A model generated the notes under the pieces. That model ran no database searches and had not been told where the DNA came from. It was given only the letters and a program-made list of their open reading frames with translations. From NCBI RefSeq assembly GCF_036365525.1, contig NC_090396.1, positions 22,234,283 to 22,298,282 of the forward strand: DNA of 64,000 nucleotides, given 5' to 3'. How positions within the stretch are numbered: position 1 is the first letter of the stretch; every line of letters starts with the position of its first letter. This document shows, one piece after another, positions 12,323 to 25,620 of this stretch. Both the position numbers and the translations under genes were made by a program. The DNA is from Heterodontus francisci (lineage: Eukaryota).

Positions 12323-13194
12323 CTACTTTGCGCGATAACCATTATTTTCTAAGTGCCCAGCTCCAACCTCCTTAATTCTAACACCTTCCCAGCAGCTGAA
12401 ATGGCTCCGGCGCTCCCCACTGCCTCTGCTCCGTTCCTGGTAGGAAAGGCCATGCTCCGATCCCCAGGCTGTATTTATGGCGCACCCAGCTCCCGACTGC
12501 CTCTGCTTTGCTCCAGGTAGGTAAGGATTGTTGGGTTTCAAATTTAAATACTTTCAACGTCCTCCCAACCAAAACACACCAGTTTTTCAGGGTTACAATT
12601 ATGCCCAAAGCTTCAGTAATGTCTGGCTGAAATCCATGGTGATGGTATCCTGAATGACAAGGTGATTTATAATTGAGACAAGGCAGCCTAATTGATAACA
12701 GTTAGACCCCAATTTTACTCTGAGACAATAATATAAGAGAGAAGGAATGTTAAGTGACAATTTTAACTCCAAAAAATGGGTGGGTTGGGATGAGGTGGGA
12801 AAAAAAGTTAAAAATCTGAAACAGATTGAGGGACAACCTTAAGAGCGGACTAACTTAAGGAGCTGTAAGTGAAGATCACCAGAGGAAGTAATGTCATGTC
12901 ATTGACCAGGCAGTTGTGGGTGGAGCCCGACAGTGTAAGATGTGTTTAGATGTAGCTCACACAGTAACTGTTTATGTGTGCGTGTGTATATATATGTAGT
13001 CCCATGAGTATTACAATAGATCAGACACCAAAGGAACAAGTAATATTATACGGTGGTAATGTTTGGGATTTTTTTTTCTGAAGACCACCAAAAATTACAT
13101 CATGGCAATAGAACATAGAACAGTACAGCACAGTACAGGCCCTTCGGCCCACGATGTTGTGCCAAACCTTTAACCTACTCTAAGATCAAACTAC

Positions 13195-16100
13195 CTACAT
13201 ACCCTGCATTCTACTATCATCCATGTACCTATCCAAGACTCGCTTAAATGTCCTTAATGTATCTGCTTCTAGTACCACCGCTGACAGTGCATTCCACACA
13301 CCCACCACTCTCTGTGTAAAGAACCTACCTCTGACATCTCCCCGAAACCTTCCTCCAATCGCCTTAAAACTATGCCCCCTGGTGATAGCCCTTTCCGCCC
13401 TGGGAAAAAGTCTCTGGCTATCCACTCTATCTATGCCTCTCATCATCTTGTACCCCTCTATCAAGTCACCTGTCATCCTTCTTCGCTCCAATGAGAAAAG
13501 CCCTAGCTCCCTCAACCTTTCTTCGTAAAACATGCCCTCCAGTCCAGGCAGCATCCTGATAAATCTCCTCTGCACCCTCTCTAAAGCTTCCACATCCTTC
13601 CTATAATGAGGCGACTAGAACTGAACACAATATTCCAAGTGTGGTCTAACCAGGGCTTTATAGAGCTGCAGCATAACCTCGCTGCTCATAAACTCAATCC
13701 CCCTGTTAATGAAAGCCAACACACCATACGCCTTCTTAACAACCCTATCAACTTGGGTGGGAACTTTGAGCGTTCTATGGACATGGACCCCAAGATCCCT
13801 CTGTTCCTCCACACTACCAAGAATCCTGTCTTTAAGCCTGTATTCTGCATTCAAATTTGACCTTCCAAAATGAATCACTTCACACTTTTCCAGATTGAAC
13901 TCCATCTGCCACTTCTCAGCCCAGCTCTGCATCCTGTCAATGTCCTGTTGCAACCTACAACAGCCTTCCACACTATCCACAACTCCAGCAACCTTCGTGT
14001 CATCGGCAAACTTGCTAACCCAGCCTTCCACTTCCTCATCCAAGTCATTTATAAAAATCACAAAGAGCAGAGGTCCCAGAACAGATCTCTCTGGAACACC
14101 ACTGGTCACCGAGCTCCAGGCTGAATACTTTCCAACGACTACCACCCTCTGTCTTCTATGGGCCAGCCAATTCTGTATCCAGACAGCCAACTTTCCCTGT
14201 ATCCCATGCCTCCTTACTTTCTGAATGAGCCTACCATGGGGAACCTTATCAAACGCCTTGCTAAAATCCATATACACCACATCCACCGCCCTTCCTTCAT
14301 CAATGTGTTTTGTCACATCTTCAAAGAATTCAATAAGGCTTGTGAGGCATGACCTGCCCCTCACAAAGCCATGCTGACTGTCTCTAATCAAACTATGCCT
14401 TTCCAAATAATCATAAATCCTGTCTCTCAGAATCCTCTCCAATAATTTGCCCACTACCGACGTAAGACTGACTGGTCTATAATTCCCAGGGTTATCCCTA
14501 TCCCCTTTCTTGAACAAGGGAATAACATTTGCCACCCTGCAATCATCTGGTACTACTCCAGTGGACAGTGAGGAAGCAAAGATCATCGCCAAAGGCGCGG
14601 CAATCTCTTCCCTCGTTTCCCGTAATATCCTTGGGTATATCCCGTCTGGCCCCAGGGACTTATCTGTCCTCATGTCTTTCAAAATTTCCAGCACATCCTC
14701 CCTCTTAACATCAACCTGTTCGAGCATATCAGCCTGTTTCACGCTGTCCTCACAAACGACCAGGTCCCTCTCATTAGTGAATACTGAAGCAAAGTATTCA
14801 TTTAGGACCTCCCCTACCTCCTCCGACTCCAGGCACAAGTTCCCTCCACTATCCCTGATCGGCCCTACCCTCACTCTGGCCATCCTCTTGTTCCTCACAT
14901 AAGTGTAGAATGCCTTGGGATTTTCCTTAATCCTACCCACCAAGACTTTTTCATTTTTTTTTTATTCATTCACGGGATGTGGGCGTCGCTGGCCAGGACA
15001 GCATTTATTGCCCATCCCTAATTGCCCTTGAGAAGGTGGTGGTGAGCTGCCTTCTTGAACCGCTGCAGTCCATGTGGGGTAGGTACACCCACAGTGCTGT
15101 TAGGAAGGGAGTTCCAGGAATTTGACCCAGCGACAGTGAAGGAACGGCGATATAGTTCCAAGTCAGGATGGTGTGTGACTTGGAGGGGAACTTGCAGGTG
15201 GTGGTGTTCCCATGTATCTGCTGCCCTTGTCCTTCTAGTTGGTAGAGGTCGCGGGTTTGGAAGGTGCTGCCTAAGGAGCCTTGGTGCATTGCTGCAGTGC
15301 ATATTGTAGATGGTACACACTGCTGCCACTGTACGTCGGTGATGGAGGGAGTGAATCTTTGTAGATGGGATGCCAATCAAGCGGGCTGCTTTGTCCCCTT
15401 CTAGCTCTCCTAAGTCCATTCTTCAGTTCCTTCCTGGCTACCTTGTAACCCTATAGAGCCCTGTCTGATCTTTGCTTCCTCAACCTTAAGTAAGCTTCCT
15501 TCTGCCTCTTGACTAGCTGTTCCACATCTCTTGTCATCCAAGGTTCCTTCACCCTACCATCCCTTCCTTGCCTCATCGGGACAAACCTATCCAGCAGTCG
15601 CAGCAACTGCTCCCTAAACAACCTCCACATTTCTGTCGTGCCTTTCCCTGAGAACATCTGTTCCCAATTTAAGCTCCCCAGTTCCTGCCTAATAGCATTG
15701 TAATTCCCCCTCCCCCAATTAATTATTTTCCCATCCCGTCTGCTCCTATCCCTCTCCATGACTATTGTAAAGGTCAGGGAGTTGTGATCATTATCACCGA
15801 AATGCTCTCCCACCGAGAGATCTGCCACCTGGCCTGGTTCGTTGCCAAGCACCAAGTCCAACATAGTCTCCCCTCTTGTCGGCCTATCTACATATTGAGT
15901 CAGGAAACCTTCCTGGACACACCTGACAAAAACTGCTCCATCCAAACTATTTGCACTAAGGAGGTTCCAATCAATATTAGGGAAGTTGAAGTCACCCATG
16001 ACAACAACCCTGTTACTTCTGCACCTTTCCAAAATCTGCCTCCCAATCTGTTCCGCCGTGTCTCTGTTGCTATTGGGGGGTCTATAGAAAACTCCCAATA

Positions 16101-16509
16101 AAATGACTGCTCCTTTCCTGTTTCTGACTTCCACCCATAATGACTCAGTAGACAAACCCTCCTCGACGACCTCCCTTTCTGCAGCTGTGATACTATCCCT
16201 AATTAGCAATGCCACTCCCCCACCTCTTTTACCTCCCTTCCTATTCCTTTTGAAACATCTAAAACCCGGAATAACCAACATCCATTCCTGCCCCTGTGAT
16301 ATCCAAGTCTCCGTAATGGCCACAACATCGTAGCTCCAAGTACTGATCCATGCTCTAAGTTCATCACCCTTATTCCTGACACTTCTTGCGTTAAAATAGA
16401 CACACCTTAACCCATCATACTGGCTGCAACTTTGCCCTGTCAACTGTCTAACCTTCCTCACAGACTCTCTGCATTCTGTATCTGCCTGTTCAACAGCTAC
16501 CCCATCCAC
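13195..16509 (-). CDS. CR1 ORF2 (APE endonuclease plus reverse transcriptase), disrupted by stops and an insertion
   Basis: NARS, ITETW, GGGVA, YRPP, GDFN and DH motifs (15451-16509). NYRPVSLTS, DFSKAFD and FADD (13615-14943). C-terminus at 13195-13593. Confidence 0.93.
14954..15391 (-). mobile_element. 3' fragment of a second LINE family with a poly(A) tail, nested in CR1 ORF2
   Basis: T-run at 14954. Encodes HSLHHRRTVAAVCTIY...RFKKAAHHHLLKG. The host CR1 sequence resumes at TGTCCCC (15392). Homologous pieces at ~26300-26570 (+), 29260-29520 (-) and 54745-55350 (-). Confidence 0.85.
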
Positions 16510-16544
16510 TGATCCATAGCTCCGGTTCCCATCCCCCTGCCAAA

Positions 16545-17478
16545 CTAGTTTGAACCCTCCCGAAGAGCTCTAGCAAACCTCCCGCCCAGGATATTGGTGC
16601 CCCTCCAGTTCAGATGCAACCCGTCCTTCTTGTACAGGTCCCACCTTCCCCAGAAGGTATCCCAATGATCCACATATCTGAAGCCCTCCCTCCTACACCA
16701 GCTCTGTAGCCACGTGTTTAGCTGCACTCGCTCTCTGTTTCTAGCCTCACTAGCACGTGGCACCGGTATCAATCCTGAGATTACTACTCTGCTCGTCCTG
16801 CCTTTTAGCTTCCAACCTAACTCTCTATATTCGCTTTTCAGGTCCTCATCCCTTTTCCTTGCTATGTCATTGGTACCGATGTGTACCACGACTTCTGGCT
16901 GCTTCCCCTCCCCCTTAAGAATCCTGTAGACTCGATCCGAGACATCCCTGACCCTGGCACCCGGGAGGCAACATACCATCCGGGAGTCTCGTTCGCGACC
17001 ACAGAATCTCCTGTCTGTTCCTCTAACCATTGAATCTCCTATCACTATCGCTCTCCTATTCTCCCCCCTTCCCTTCTGAGCCGCAGAGCCAGGCTCAGTG
17101 CCAGAGACCTGGCTGCTGTGGCTTTCCCCTGGTAGGTCGTCCCCCCCAACCGTATCCAAAACGGTATACTTATTATTGAGGGGAACGGCCACAGGGGATC
17201 CCTGCACTGTGCGCCTATTCCCTTTCCCTCCCCTGACGGTCACCCAGCTACCTTTATCCTGACTTAGGTGTCATTACTTCTCTATAACTGCTCTCGATCA
17301 CCCCCTCAGCATCCCGAATGATCCGAAGTTCATCCAGCTCCAGCTCCAGTTCCCTAACGCGGTCTGTGAGGAGCTGGAGTTGGGTGCACTTCTCACAGGT
17401 GAAGTCAGCAGGTACACAAGTGGTGACCCTTACCTCCCACATCCTGCAAGAGGAGCATGCAGCTGCCCTAGCTTCCAT
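16545..17478 (-). CDS. CR1 ORF1 (zinc finger/coiled coil plus SGNH esterase), one frameshift near 17250
   Basis: CSSC...CEKC and a heptad repeat (17254-17478). IGDSM, CLPGA, HIGTND and DGLH esterase blocks (16545-17243). Confidence 0.9.
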
Positions 17479-20400
17479 CCCCTCTGCTCTAAATTGATAA
17501 CAGAGAATAAAAACAAATAAAGGAAAATCTTACCTTACCAAACCCTCCACACAAGAGTCCTTTTTTTTTGGTTAGAGGAGGAGGATGGGTGCGAGACACT
17601 ACACGTGTAGTGTTTCGGGTTTAGCCACTGCCCAAATATATAAGTTCACTTACCCAGCAGTCCCCGTGTCCGCCGAATTGCGAGGTAAGTACTTTATAGT
17701 GAAACTTACCTTCCCAGCTGCCCCCGGCTCGCATTCTCACTGCTACCGCTGATCAAAAAGAAGCTGCCGAATCGCTAGGTAAGTACTTTATACTGAAACT
17801 TACCTTCCCAGCTGCCCCCTGGCTCGCACTCTCACTGCTACCACTGATCAAAAAGCAATGTTGGAATTTTTCTGAACACACCAACAAAGAGCAAACAAAA
17901 AAATAGCAGGCTGCCTACCTGGAGTGGCTGAAGAGACTGGACAGCAGTCAGCAGGTAACCACACAACACTGCAGCAAGCTGCACTATGGACAGGACCCCA
18001 GGAGGTGTTGAAACTCTGAATGCAGCAGAAAATTTGCCAGGAGACTGAAGCTTTCACCTATCTGGCAGTGGGTCAAAAATTTGAAAAGCAGTAGCTGAAG
18101 CCATTACTGTTTTAGCTTTCCTTTCATTTGCTTCATAGGCAGGGCCTAAGTCAAAAGCAGTGAGAAGAACTCGACAGTGACACTGGAGGTCCAGCACAAA
18201 ACAAAAGGCTGGTTGTGGCAGCTGCTAGTACTGCAAGCTCCAGCCCTCAAAAGCTGCTCAGTTTAAAGAAAAGTCAGCTCACAGTTTAAAAACTGACAAG
18301 CTGTGTAAACACTTAAAGCTGTAGTCTCCCACTCTTAAAAGGGTCAAGTCTGCAAAAGCAAATCTGTCTGAATATGGTAACAAAAAGAAGTGTGTCTGTG
18401 AAAAACAATACCTGTAAAAAAGCCTGTATTTATAAAAAATCAGGATAATCAAGAAAATGGCTTTCAAATATCCAGTTATGGAATGGAAGGCATCTGAATT
18501 TAAACTGTTCTGACAGCAAATGGAACTGTGTTTCCTGAATCAAGGAGTGAGAGAAGCAGAGAAACAAGCTAGCACGATTAAGATTGCACTGGGCAATAGG
18601 GGCTTGCAATGGATCAATACATCAGGATTGTCAGCTGAGGATCAGAAGGACCCTTAGCAAGATATGCACATTCCTGGAGCAGCAACTCAGTGATGGTAAA
18701 TCTCGAGTGCATAGGCTTGACCTTATGATCTACTGACAAAAGCAAGATGAGTTCATTGACCAGTATGTTGCAAGGTGCTGAGACAAAGCTCGATATTGTG
18801 ACTTTACAGATATTGAATTGTCGGAATGAGTTCTTGAGCTAGTAATCACAGCTACCCCACTGGAGGCTTTTCAAAAAGATCTGCTAGATAAGAAAGGGCA
18901 CACAATAGATGCACTATTCAATGATGAAAGGAAATTTGAAGCCATCGTGGCTGGGCACCAACACTTACAAGCGTTGGGAGTAGCAATGACAATTGGTATG
19001 GTAACCAAGGTCAGAAGTCTGCTAAGCCTTGTGGAAAATGTGGCCTGAATCATCCAATCCACAACTGTCTGGTGTACCAGGACCTGTGCAAAGCTTGTGG
19101 CATGCGAGGACATTGGGCAAGGCAGTGAAGAAGGCTCAGATACTACACACAGGAATGGTGGCAGATCACATGCAGAGAGAGTGCCTACAAGACAGGATGG
19201 CAAACACAACAAAAGGTATGCCAACACACAACAAAAGCCCAAGCAGGTACATCAGGTCAGCAGAGAGACAGATTGCCAGGAGGACACTGATGAAGAGTGC
19301 ACTCATGTGAACAGCGAGCAAACATTCCACTTAGAATTGACATGTTGATCCAATTTAACTATCATGCATTCTGAGGCATTTGCCATGATCGGGATTATAT
19401 GTCCGCAAAAGAGTAGCAAGCATAAACTCAGAGTAAAAGTCAATACTGGTGCAAGTTCTGCCCATCCATATACTGAAGGACATGTACTTAAATAAATGGG
19501 AATCCATGGTGCAACCCATCACAGCTAGGATAACTGGAGAACCACTGTAGGCAATAAAGTGCATTGGAAGTATAACCATACAGTGCAGCTATGGGAGCTC
19601 TCTGAATGGCTATCACAAATGTTTTATATGTAGACACAACTAGACCAACTGTCTCAGAACATCCTGTATGCCAAGATCTACAAATTGTCACAATACATGG
19701 ATTCAGTAACACACCTAAGATCGCACAAAATACCTAGGTTCGAGTGTATTGGGTCAGACCATGAAAATATGACAAAAAGGCTGGGAGTCTTGAAACAAAG
19801 AGGTGATGTGACCAGGAGTCTCTCCTCCAGCTTCAGGTCATTGTAGAGAGTATCTGGAGGCCAGAGGGATTGCCAGTGATGTTGCCAGCCAGCATCTTTC
19901 TAAACTTTCCAAACAAAGGAAGAGGTTTACAATAATCACATCAGGAAGAATAAGCAAACCTCCTCTATGATTTAGGTAGTGTTAAATTTGCTTACCTGAA
20001 AATAACATTTTGTTTTAATAATGTATAGTTAGTTTGAACTGCAACATCATTGTCTATTGTGCATATGTTTTTATCTTTGGGGAAAAAAGGGGGATGTTGT
20101 GGGATGACCTTGAGAGTGGACCAGCTTAAGGAGTTGTTACTGAAGATCACCAGAGGCAGTGATGTCGTGTCTCACATGACCAGGCAGTTGTGGGTGGAGT
20201 CCAACACAGTGAGATGCGTTTAGATGTAGCTCTCCTCAACATGCCCACTTACAGTTTTAATGGAGGGGGAATGAGGGACAGGCGACCAGTCCACTCTCAG
20301 GAGATGAGTTGGCCTTTGAAACCTTTTCAAGCAGGGTGCAGGCCCTTGTTTTAACAGGATATCTATTTTTACCCATGTTGGCTGGGTTTCCCAAGCCTTG

Positions 20401-22649
20401 GGAAACCTGGCAGGTAAAAGGAGATGAGAGGGTCTGCATCCGCCAGCTAAGCAGGAGCAGCCGGAGTGATTTTCTCCAACTCAACTAGCAAAGCTGTAAA
20501 CATCTCCACAATCTCTCACCCTACACACCTGTCTATCACAGACTACCCACCCCATCACTAACTTCCCCATCTCTGCCTCCAGCTCTCCAAAAACACCCCT
20601 CACCCTCCACAACTCTGACCTGACCTCCAGTCTCACCTTCAACCTCTCCCCACTACCCACAGTATTCCAGGCCACCATAATCACCTTTGGGTCACCCCCT
20701 CCCACCCCAAAACATGTTGTATCCACCCCATTCCTCCCAATCTTGCGATTGCTGCCTCCAACAACCACTAAACCTATCTGTTACTGGGCAGTGGCCTTTG
20801 TTTGGAACATTCTCAGCCCAACAGGCAATTTAACCTGTCAATCAGGCTGGCTTCTGGGTGGGGAATCTATTCAGAAAAACCATGAATGTCATGGAGTTAA
20901 AACTCCACTCTACTCCGGGTATGCATGGATATATCCTGATCATGACTCCTCCAACCTGCTCTGAAACCCCACTCAGTGAATATCCAGGTGTATGAACAAT
21001 CAGACAGCAGGCAGTAGGGGAGCAGATGCTGACCAGTAAAAAATAGTTGACTAGGACAACTTCCCTTCCCAGACATAACCATAGGAAGGTCCCACAAGGA
21101 GCAAAGGAATGACCAGATAATCTTTTTGTGCTGGTGTTAGTTGAAGGAAGGAATGTCCTACCTTTTTTCACACCCTTCAAGGAGATTTTTATAATTCATC
21201 TAACCAGGCAGACGGGGCCTTGGTTTAACATCTCATCTGAACAGTGCAGTGCTCTCTCAGTATTGCATGGAAGTGTCACTCTAGATTATGCCCCTGAAAA
21301 TCTGTGTGATGGAATCACACCTGCTGGCCCCCATTAGTGCTGACTACACTGGAGTTTTAAGAGGGCACCTAATTTACCTGGGGCCAGTGGGTGCACCTCT
21401 GCTGTCTTCCTGACCCATGCGCAAGACAGTCATTGGGGAGAAGAGGGGGCTTAGAGGATTTGGATGGGCTACAGTTAAGAGTATTTTGTGCAGTTTTGAG
21501 CACCCTATTATAGAAAGCATGTTGGAACCATGGCAAAGGTACTTACTGGGATGATATCAAGAGAAAGAATATAGTTACAAGGAGAGACTGGAAAAACACG
21601 GGATCTATTCACCAGAGCAGAGAAGGCTCGGACTCACATTGAGCAGCAAATTCACTAAAATGTTTGCATCCATCGTGCTTGATCACTGACACAAAATAAA
21701 CTGTAAAAAATATATGAAGAAAGCCAGTTATATCCCACCGTCAACCTACAGCCACAGTTTAATTGAGCTCCGGAGGTGGAAAGAAGGAATTGGCCCCAAG
21801 ATCTGCAATTGAAGCATGTTTTAAAGGAACAGTCCAAGATTCACAAAGCTGCAGAATAATGTATTATGCTTTACAGGGTACAGTACTCCTGGCATTATGA
21901 AACAGTTCACACTCCATCTTAAAATGAGCAATGCCACAGGGGATCAACTAATAAATCCAGTGCAATGAAAAGTAAAGTTGATTATTGGTCTTGAATGCAG
22001 TTCAAAATTCTGATAAGGTGGAGATTTTTTAATTAAAATGTCGCATTCATGTAGAAGATTCCAGATTATTCAGAACTCGAGGTGTCAAGCTATAGTCAAG
22101 TGGTAGTTCCCTTCATCGCACCATTGTAACTATTTTAAAAATTAATCCCACAACACATTCTTACTGCTCTGGGTAGAATAGTTAGCTATGTTGAAATTCT
22201 GGAGACAAGGAGACATCTTGTTGCTGTCGGCGCCACTGGAAGGGGGCTCAGGAGGGGCAATTATGGGGGTCATCATTTTGCTTGGCCCACAGCTGGAAAC
22301 TCTCAGACTATCCATTCAAGCTAGCAATGTAATTTGTCAGTGCTGGTCTATGGGCCTCAGCCTTTAGGGAAGGTCTCAGCCAAAACTGACAAAAGCCACT
22401 TCTAAGTAACAAGATTGCATTTATTGGAGTTACTTTAAGGTCACGTTCACCACTGAGCAACTGAACATATGCAAATTTTGTGGTTTCAATCTAGCACAAA
22501 GTTATAAATCGGGTGGGTTCAGCACAATGGGAATTGGATCATATTGTAAAACTTCTTCCATTGGAATTGGGTAAGCAGGGTGTTGGGATAGATATACTGC
22601 CATGTCCCAGTTAAGGAATCCAAATTGAATGAAGCTAGAAATCATAGAA

Positions 22650-22870
22650 TCAAGACAGAAAATGCTGGGAACACCTCGCAGGTCAGGTAGCAACGAGAGA
22701 GAGAGAGAAGCATAGGTCGATGGCCTTTCAGTAGAACTGAAATATGCTACAGATGAACAGCTTTTAAGCAGGTACTGCAACAGTGAAAAGGGGACAGGAA
22801 AAGAAGGAAGAACAGATGTCCGCATTTGGGTAGAGGAAAGCTGGAAGTAAGATGGCAGAAGGGGCAAAGA
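22650..22870 (-). mobile_element. Degenerate Penelope pLTR fragment
   Basis: ACAGAAAATGCTGG...GGCCTTTCAGTAGAACTG is similar to 6996-7100. Another short copy lies at ~24438-24518. Confidence 0.65.
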
Positions 22871-23899
22871 AAAAGGAGGTGATTGTCCTATATTGCTGTC
22901 ACAACATTATGTTATTGGTAGCGTAATTATGGTGCTCTTCATAAAGGTCTCGGAGCCTCTGGATGTCTGTACATCAACTCTTTATTTATATTTACATTCT
23001 ATTTACACTCTCCATTAGGATCTCTAGCTTGCACTTCTCTTGGTGCTTCTAGCTCCTTCCAAGCCTCCTGCTGACATCATCACTATAGTGTGAGGGGTTA
23101 CTCTTACTGTCTCAAGCATTAACCCTTTTAGACCCTTATACTTTAATGATAATGAGGGAAATTAGAAAAACAAACTATGGGACAGTGGATTTGTTAATTG
23201 CAGCAAAATAGCACAGGAAGCATGGAAAGTCTGACAAAACTGGGAATGTGGCAGAAGAAAGGCATGTGGACCCCAGGGATGCGGACCACGCCACCAGCCA
23301 TATATCGATAGGGGATCCCTGTCACATGCATCAGTACACATCTTCCTCATTCCTAGTGGCTCTGGTTTGTATGTAATTTCCTCACCAAAAGGTGTCATTT
23401 CCCATGAGCAAAGTTTCAGTCAAAGCCAAGATGCAAAAAAAAACCATTCCCGATGAGGTCATGGCTTTGTTCACGAGCGCACAGCTATCCCGAGTGCAGC
23501 TCTATTCATGGGATTTTAGGACGTGGGCCCCTGACTCTCTACACGGCCATTTGCTCTGGTTTTGCTTCTGTGAGCTGTGTCTCTCACTGCTGATTCTGTG
23601 TAGCATTGACCCATCATTATTGTAGGGCCAGCTCATTTAAATATCCATTAATTGCTCATTAGCACAAATCTTATGTAAAGCAGGTGTACTGTGCTAGGGG
23701 GAGGGCAGCAGGAAGTTAGGAGGACTGCCTTTTAAAAAGCCAAGAATGGAGAAAGACTGCAGTTGCAGGTCAGTCGTAAACTGCTTGGCACAGTGGGCTG
23801 ACTACCAGCCAGATGAAATGGATGTCTCGTGTGGCATATCTTGGCACTCTTAAAGCATATCTTTGTGTGGAGGACTTGGCAAGGACACCTAGAGAGGGG

Positions 23900-25620
23900 C
23901 ACAGAGCATTATAAAGAGCCAGGAGAGAAGAATGCAGCAATTTTAATGAGGCTGACCTTCACATGCTCCTGGATGTGTTGCAGCAAAGAAGAAAGACTAC
24001 TGGATGGCCATGGGAGCAAGCTCTCAGAAAATTTTCTCACATGCCATCTGGAGGAAGGTGACATTGGCACTGAGCACCAACTCCCTCACCTCTCAAACCA
24101 CACACCCAGTGCCAGAAGAAGTTCAATGACCTGATGAAGACAGGCAAAGCAACACACTGGTCACTCACCTTCATGGGAGCATCAGGGAAAGTTGACATTC
24201 CTGTCAAGGGAACAAGTGGGAAACTGTGAGTAAACGCCCACCTCAGTAGCAGTCTGGGACCAGGTACTGCCTCTTTCTCCACCGAATGCAGCTCTACTGG
24301 AGGTGGGGACAGATTCGACACGACCCTATGCACTGGCACACTGGACACAGGCTGCAGTCTCTCAGAGCTTTCAGATGGCTTCCATCAGCCAGTCTACAGA
24401 TCAGCGGAATCCAAGTCCTGGGCCCATTGGTACGGTGAAACAAAAACAGAAAATGCTGGAAATACTGAGCATGTCAGGCAGCATCTATGGAGAGAAAAAG
24501 AGTTAATGTTTCATCAGGTTCTGTTGCACTGAGGAGAAACACTGGAATAGAAAAGTAATGGAACATTGAGACAGCCAGAGGTAGCATGGTGTGAGGAAAG
24601 ATTAGGTTAGTTTATGGTCACTGCAGTTCGTTGTATTACAGGAGAATTCCCACTATATCGTACTATGCTGTTTTCCTGGCCCTAGAACTCTCCGAGTTCT
24701 CTGCATTCCCAATTCTGGTCCCTTGAGCATCCGCTGGTTCCTTCGCCCCATCATTGGTGGCCTTGCCTTCAAATGTTTAAACCCTAAACTCTGGAATTTC
24801 CTCCTTCGAACCTCTCCACCTCTTCCTCCTCCTTTAAGGCTCTCTTTAAAACTGACCTCTTTGACCTGTCCGAATAACACCTTATGGGCTCTGCATCAAA
24901 TTTTGTCTGATGCTCCTTTGAAACGCCTTGGGATATTTTACTACAGTAAAGGCGCTATATAAATGCAAGTTGCCAGTTTTGAAGGTGATTGTAGTCATAA
25001 AGGAAAGTGTGTACTTAGTTCAAGCTGACTTCTTCAATCGAGATGTTTAAGACTTCAATGATTATTTAAGGACCTAATAAGTTTGATTAGTGTGATGTTG
25101 TAGAATCCCTAGTCATGCTCATCTCTCCTGGGTGGAGAAAAAGAGCAGAGGACCTGCCTGTAGGCAGACCACCACCATGGCACCAGAATGGATACTAGAT
25201 TGAAATTAAGGTAGGGAGATGGAGGTAGCAGAGTTGTGACGAATGTAGTCCATGCTACACTGAGAACATTTCATTGATCATTTGTGTTATAATGCACCTT
25301 GCAGTCATCACAGTGAGCATCCTGATGTTCTCCCCCATGCTCTGTCATTAAAGTAGCTAGAGCTATCTCCCCAGGAATCTCCATGTCCACTCTGCTTGGA
25401 TGGAAAATTTGAACCAGGTGCAGCAAGCCACATGCTCTGGAGCATACCCCAGAGCCCCTTTGACCCATCAAGGCAATGAAAGCACTCTTCTAAGATCCTG
25501 ATGGTCCTTTCAGTAGCAGAGGCATGTGCCTCATCACAGAGCTCTTCAGCTGCTGTTCTTGCAACCCTTACAGTGATCAATAAGCATGGCTGTAAACTGT
25601 AGTCTTGTCACCCACAAGCC
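23900..25620. mobile_element. Harbinger relic 3 (Myb/SANT remnant on +, transposase remnant on -), highly decayed
   Basis: FNEADLHMLLD...QCQKKFNDL on + at ~23940-24135. TERTIRILEECFHCLD on - in ORF 25308-25580. Confidence 0.55.
24665..24975 (+). mobile_element. L2-type LINE 3' end
   Basis: Ends CGCCTTGGGATATTTTACTAC...AAAGGCGCTATATAAATGCAAGTTG. Related copies at ~30905-31120 (-), 43015-43180 (+), 48700-48800 (+) and 58065-58410 (-). Confidence 0.7.

Larger units (their letters stand above)
13108..17855 (-). mobile_element. Nearly full-length CR1 (HER1-like) LINE: 5' UTR, ORF1, ORF2 and 3' tail
   Basis: All domains are present in order with long open frames. The tail ends in the short repeat (TTCTATG)n on the minus strand. 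Confidence 0.97.
12824..20233 (+). mobile_element. Internally deleted Gypsy LTR retrotransposon (gag and protease remnants only), interrupted by a full-length CR1
   Basis: LTR copies at ~12824-13050 and 20095-20233 share GAAGATCACCAGAGG...GACCAGGCAGTTGTGGGTGGAG...TTTAGATGTAGCTC. PPT GGGGAAAAAAGGGGGA precedes 20095. 18480-19700 is homologous to gag/PR at 35050-36250 (INTSGLS..DQ.DP; NTGAS). Confidence 0.8.

Noticed and set aside
20480-21040. C-rich segment that may be a very old LINE RT fragment
   Set aside because: Only vague motif resemblance; it cannot be assigned without an HMM search.
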